Assembly: GCA_963705165.1 (NCBI GenBank)
Contig: CAVPJD010000031.1
Coordinates: forward strand, 34,819 to 98,818
Direction of reading: 5' to 3'
Length of the DNA: 64,000 nt
Origin: an uncultured delta proteobacterium
Lineage (GTDB): Bacteria; Desulfobacterota; Syntrophia; Syntrophales; UBA2192
The notes below the pieces were generated by a model that made no database searches, was not told the DNA's origin, and was given only the letters and a program-made list of their open reading frames with translations. A program made the translations under genes and the position numbers. Each line of letters opens with the position of its first letter. The first letter of the stretch is position 1. Below are positions 63,352 to 64,000 of the stretch, one piece after another.

Positions 63352-63469
63352 AATCACTTCGGGTACAATTCCCCGAAGCTTGCTTCGAATTTGTCATTCC
63401 CTCGAAAGAGGGAATCCAGGATGGATGCCCGTTCCCCGCCTTCGCGAGGACAAGCTTCACGGGCATGAC
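63352..63469. repeat. Family A composite repeat, inverted near-identical partner of 48771-48888
   Basis: 99/100 identity to the reverse complement of 48771-48870. Confidence 0.92.
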
Positions 63470-63507
63470 ATTCTTGTTTGATACCCCGTAGCTTGCTGCG
63501 GGATGGT

Positions 63508-63918
63508 TCATCGCCTATGGGCCTTGAACTTGTACTGCTTGCTGTCGAATGTCGCCACGTAGCCCGTCATGAACTGGTTGCCCTCGATGACGAAGCGCAC
63601 GAAGTGGAATGGTTTCTGCGTTGCCTGGGCGTTGTACAGGATCACCTGGCCGACCTTGTAGAACTCCGGGATGACGCCCGAGGTGATATCCACCTGCTTG
63701 AAGCCCGGCACCTCGACTTTCCCCTTCGACGAGAAGCTCGTCTTGGCGTAGTCGTCCGACACGAGGTTGGCCCACCCTGTCCGGCCGTCCTCGAACGTGA
63801 GCACCCAGTAGCCCGCCATCACGTCCTGCGGCGCTGCGGCCTGCACATCGGCGGGATCCGGCGGCGCGACGAGCAGGAAAACTATCAGGACGGAAAGCAG
63901 GAACATCGCCTTTTTCAT
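63508..63918 (-). CDS. Secreted hypothetical protein (136 aa)
   Basis: Signal peptide MKKAMFLLSVLIVFLLVA. GAGGAGG RBS. No family recognised. Confidence 0.65.
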   Translation of the reverse strand: MKKAMFLLSVLIVFLLVAPPDPADVQAAAPQDVMAGYWVLTFEDGRTGWANLVSDDYAKTSFSSKGKVEVPGFKQVDITSGVIPEFYKVGQVILYNAQATQKPFHFVRFVIEGNQFMTGYVATFDSKQYKFKAHRR

Positions 63919-64000
63919 GAGAACCTCCTCGAGGCATCCTGTAACGGGGAAAACGGGATGTCGGTTTACCCGCTTGAATGCAAGAAAAATGCCCCACTGT

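Overview
GC-rich bacterial chromosomal window with several visibly lower-GC islands. Gene content and the repeat families suggest an anaerobic deltaproteobacterium-like (Desulfobacterota) genome, but that is inference only. No rRNA genes or CRISPR arrays were seen; there is one tRNA, tRNA-Glu(UUC). 0-17 kb is mostly core: gspD (partial), gspE, queC, a Ski2-like helicase, tRNA-Glu, an IclR regulator, a K+ channel, pgm, a VWA/OmpA lipoprotein, an iron-sulfur flavoprotein, a frameshifted PAS protein, a patatin-like lipase and an EamA transporter. 17.4-19.6 kb is a compact 2.1-kb element encoding two overlapping tyrosine recombinases, bounded by perfect 14-bp inverted repeats and identical 7-bp flanks; a low-GC accessory island (19.6-24.2 kb) follows. 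24-37 kb is core again: a CDP-alcohol phosphatidyltransferase, an ExeA-LysM-SPOR protein, a lexA/Y-family polymerase operon, and a divergent pgpA-cinA-thpR-recA-recX-alaS cluster with a GAAC-N4-GTTC palindrome in its promoter. This part is heavily invaded by small hairpin repeats and a DUF559 gene. 36.8-49.5 kb is a mosaic accessory region: hicBA, two OM beta-barrels, an FAD oxidoreductase, a cupin, several secreted or lipoproteins, an MRJP/yellow-like propeller and an amidohydrolase. Several of its single genes are bracketed by inverted GGGGTCAGG-type elements. 49.6-54.5 kb is small housekeeping genes (csp, uup, GIY-YIG, cyclophilin, CGGC, YciI, SnoaL). 54.5-64 kb holds a remnant 5' helicase fragment, an inserted cassette encoding a Cys-rich thaumatin-like secreted protein, a PIF1/RecD-like helicase, a metalloprotease with five tandem 37-aa Cys-rich modules, and a 946-aa secreted Ig-like protein. 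Main hunting results: (1) a family of heptad-periodic two-arm intergenic elements at 8 loci; (2) the two-recombinase element; (3) inverted-repeat-bracketed single-gene modules; (4) the Cys-rich secreted protein cluster; (5) terminator hairpins directly in front of secreted-protein genes; (6) three frame or start anomalies consistent with single-nucleotide indels (PAS gene, pgpA, cinA). Many long antisense ORFs in the track are GC-driven shadow ORFs and were rejected.
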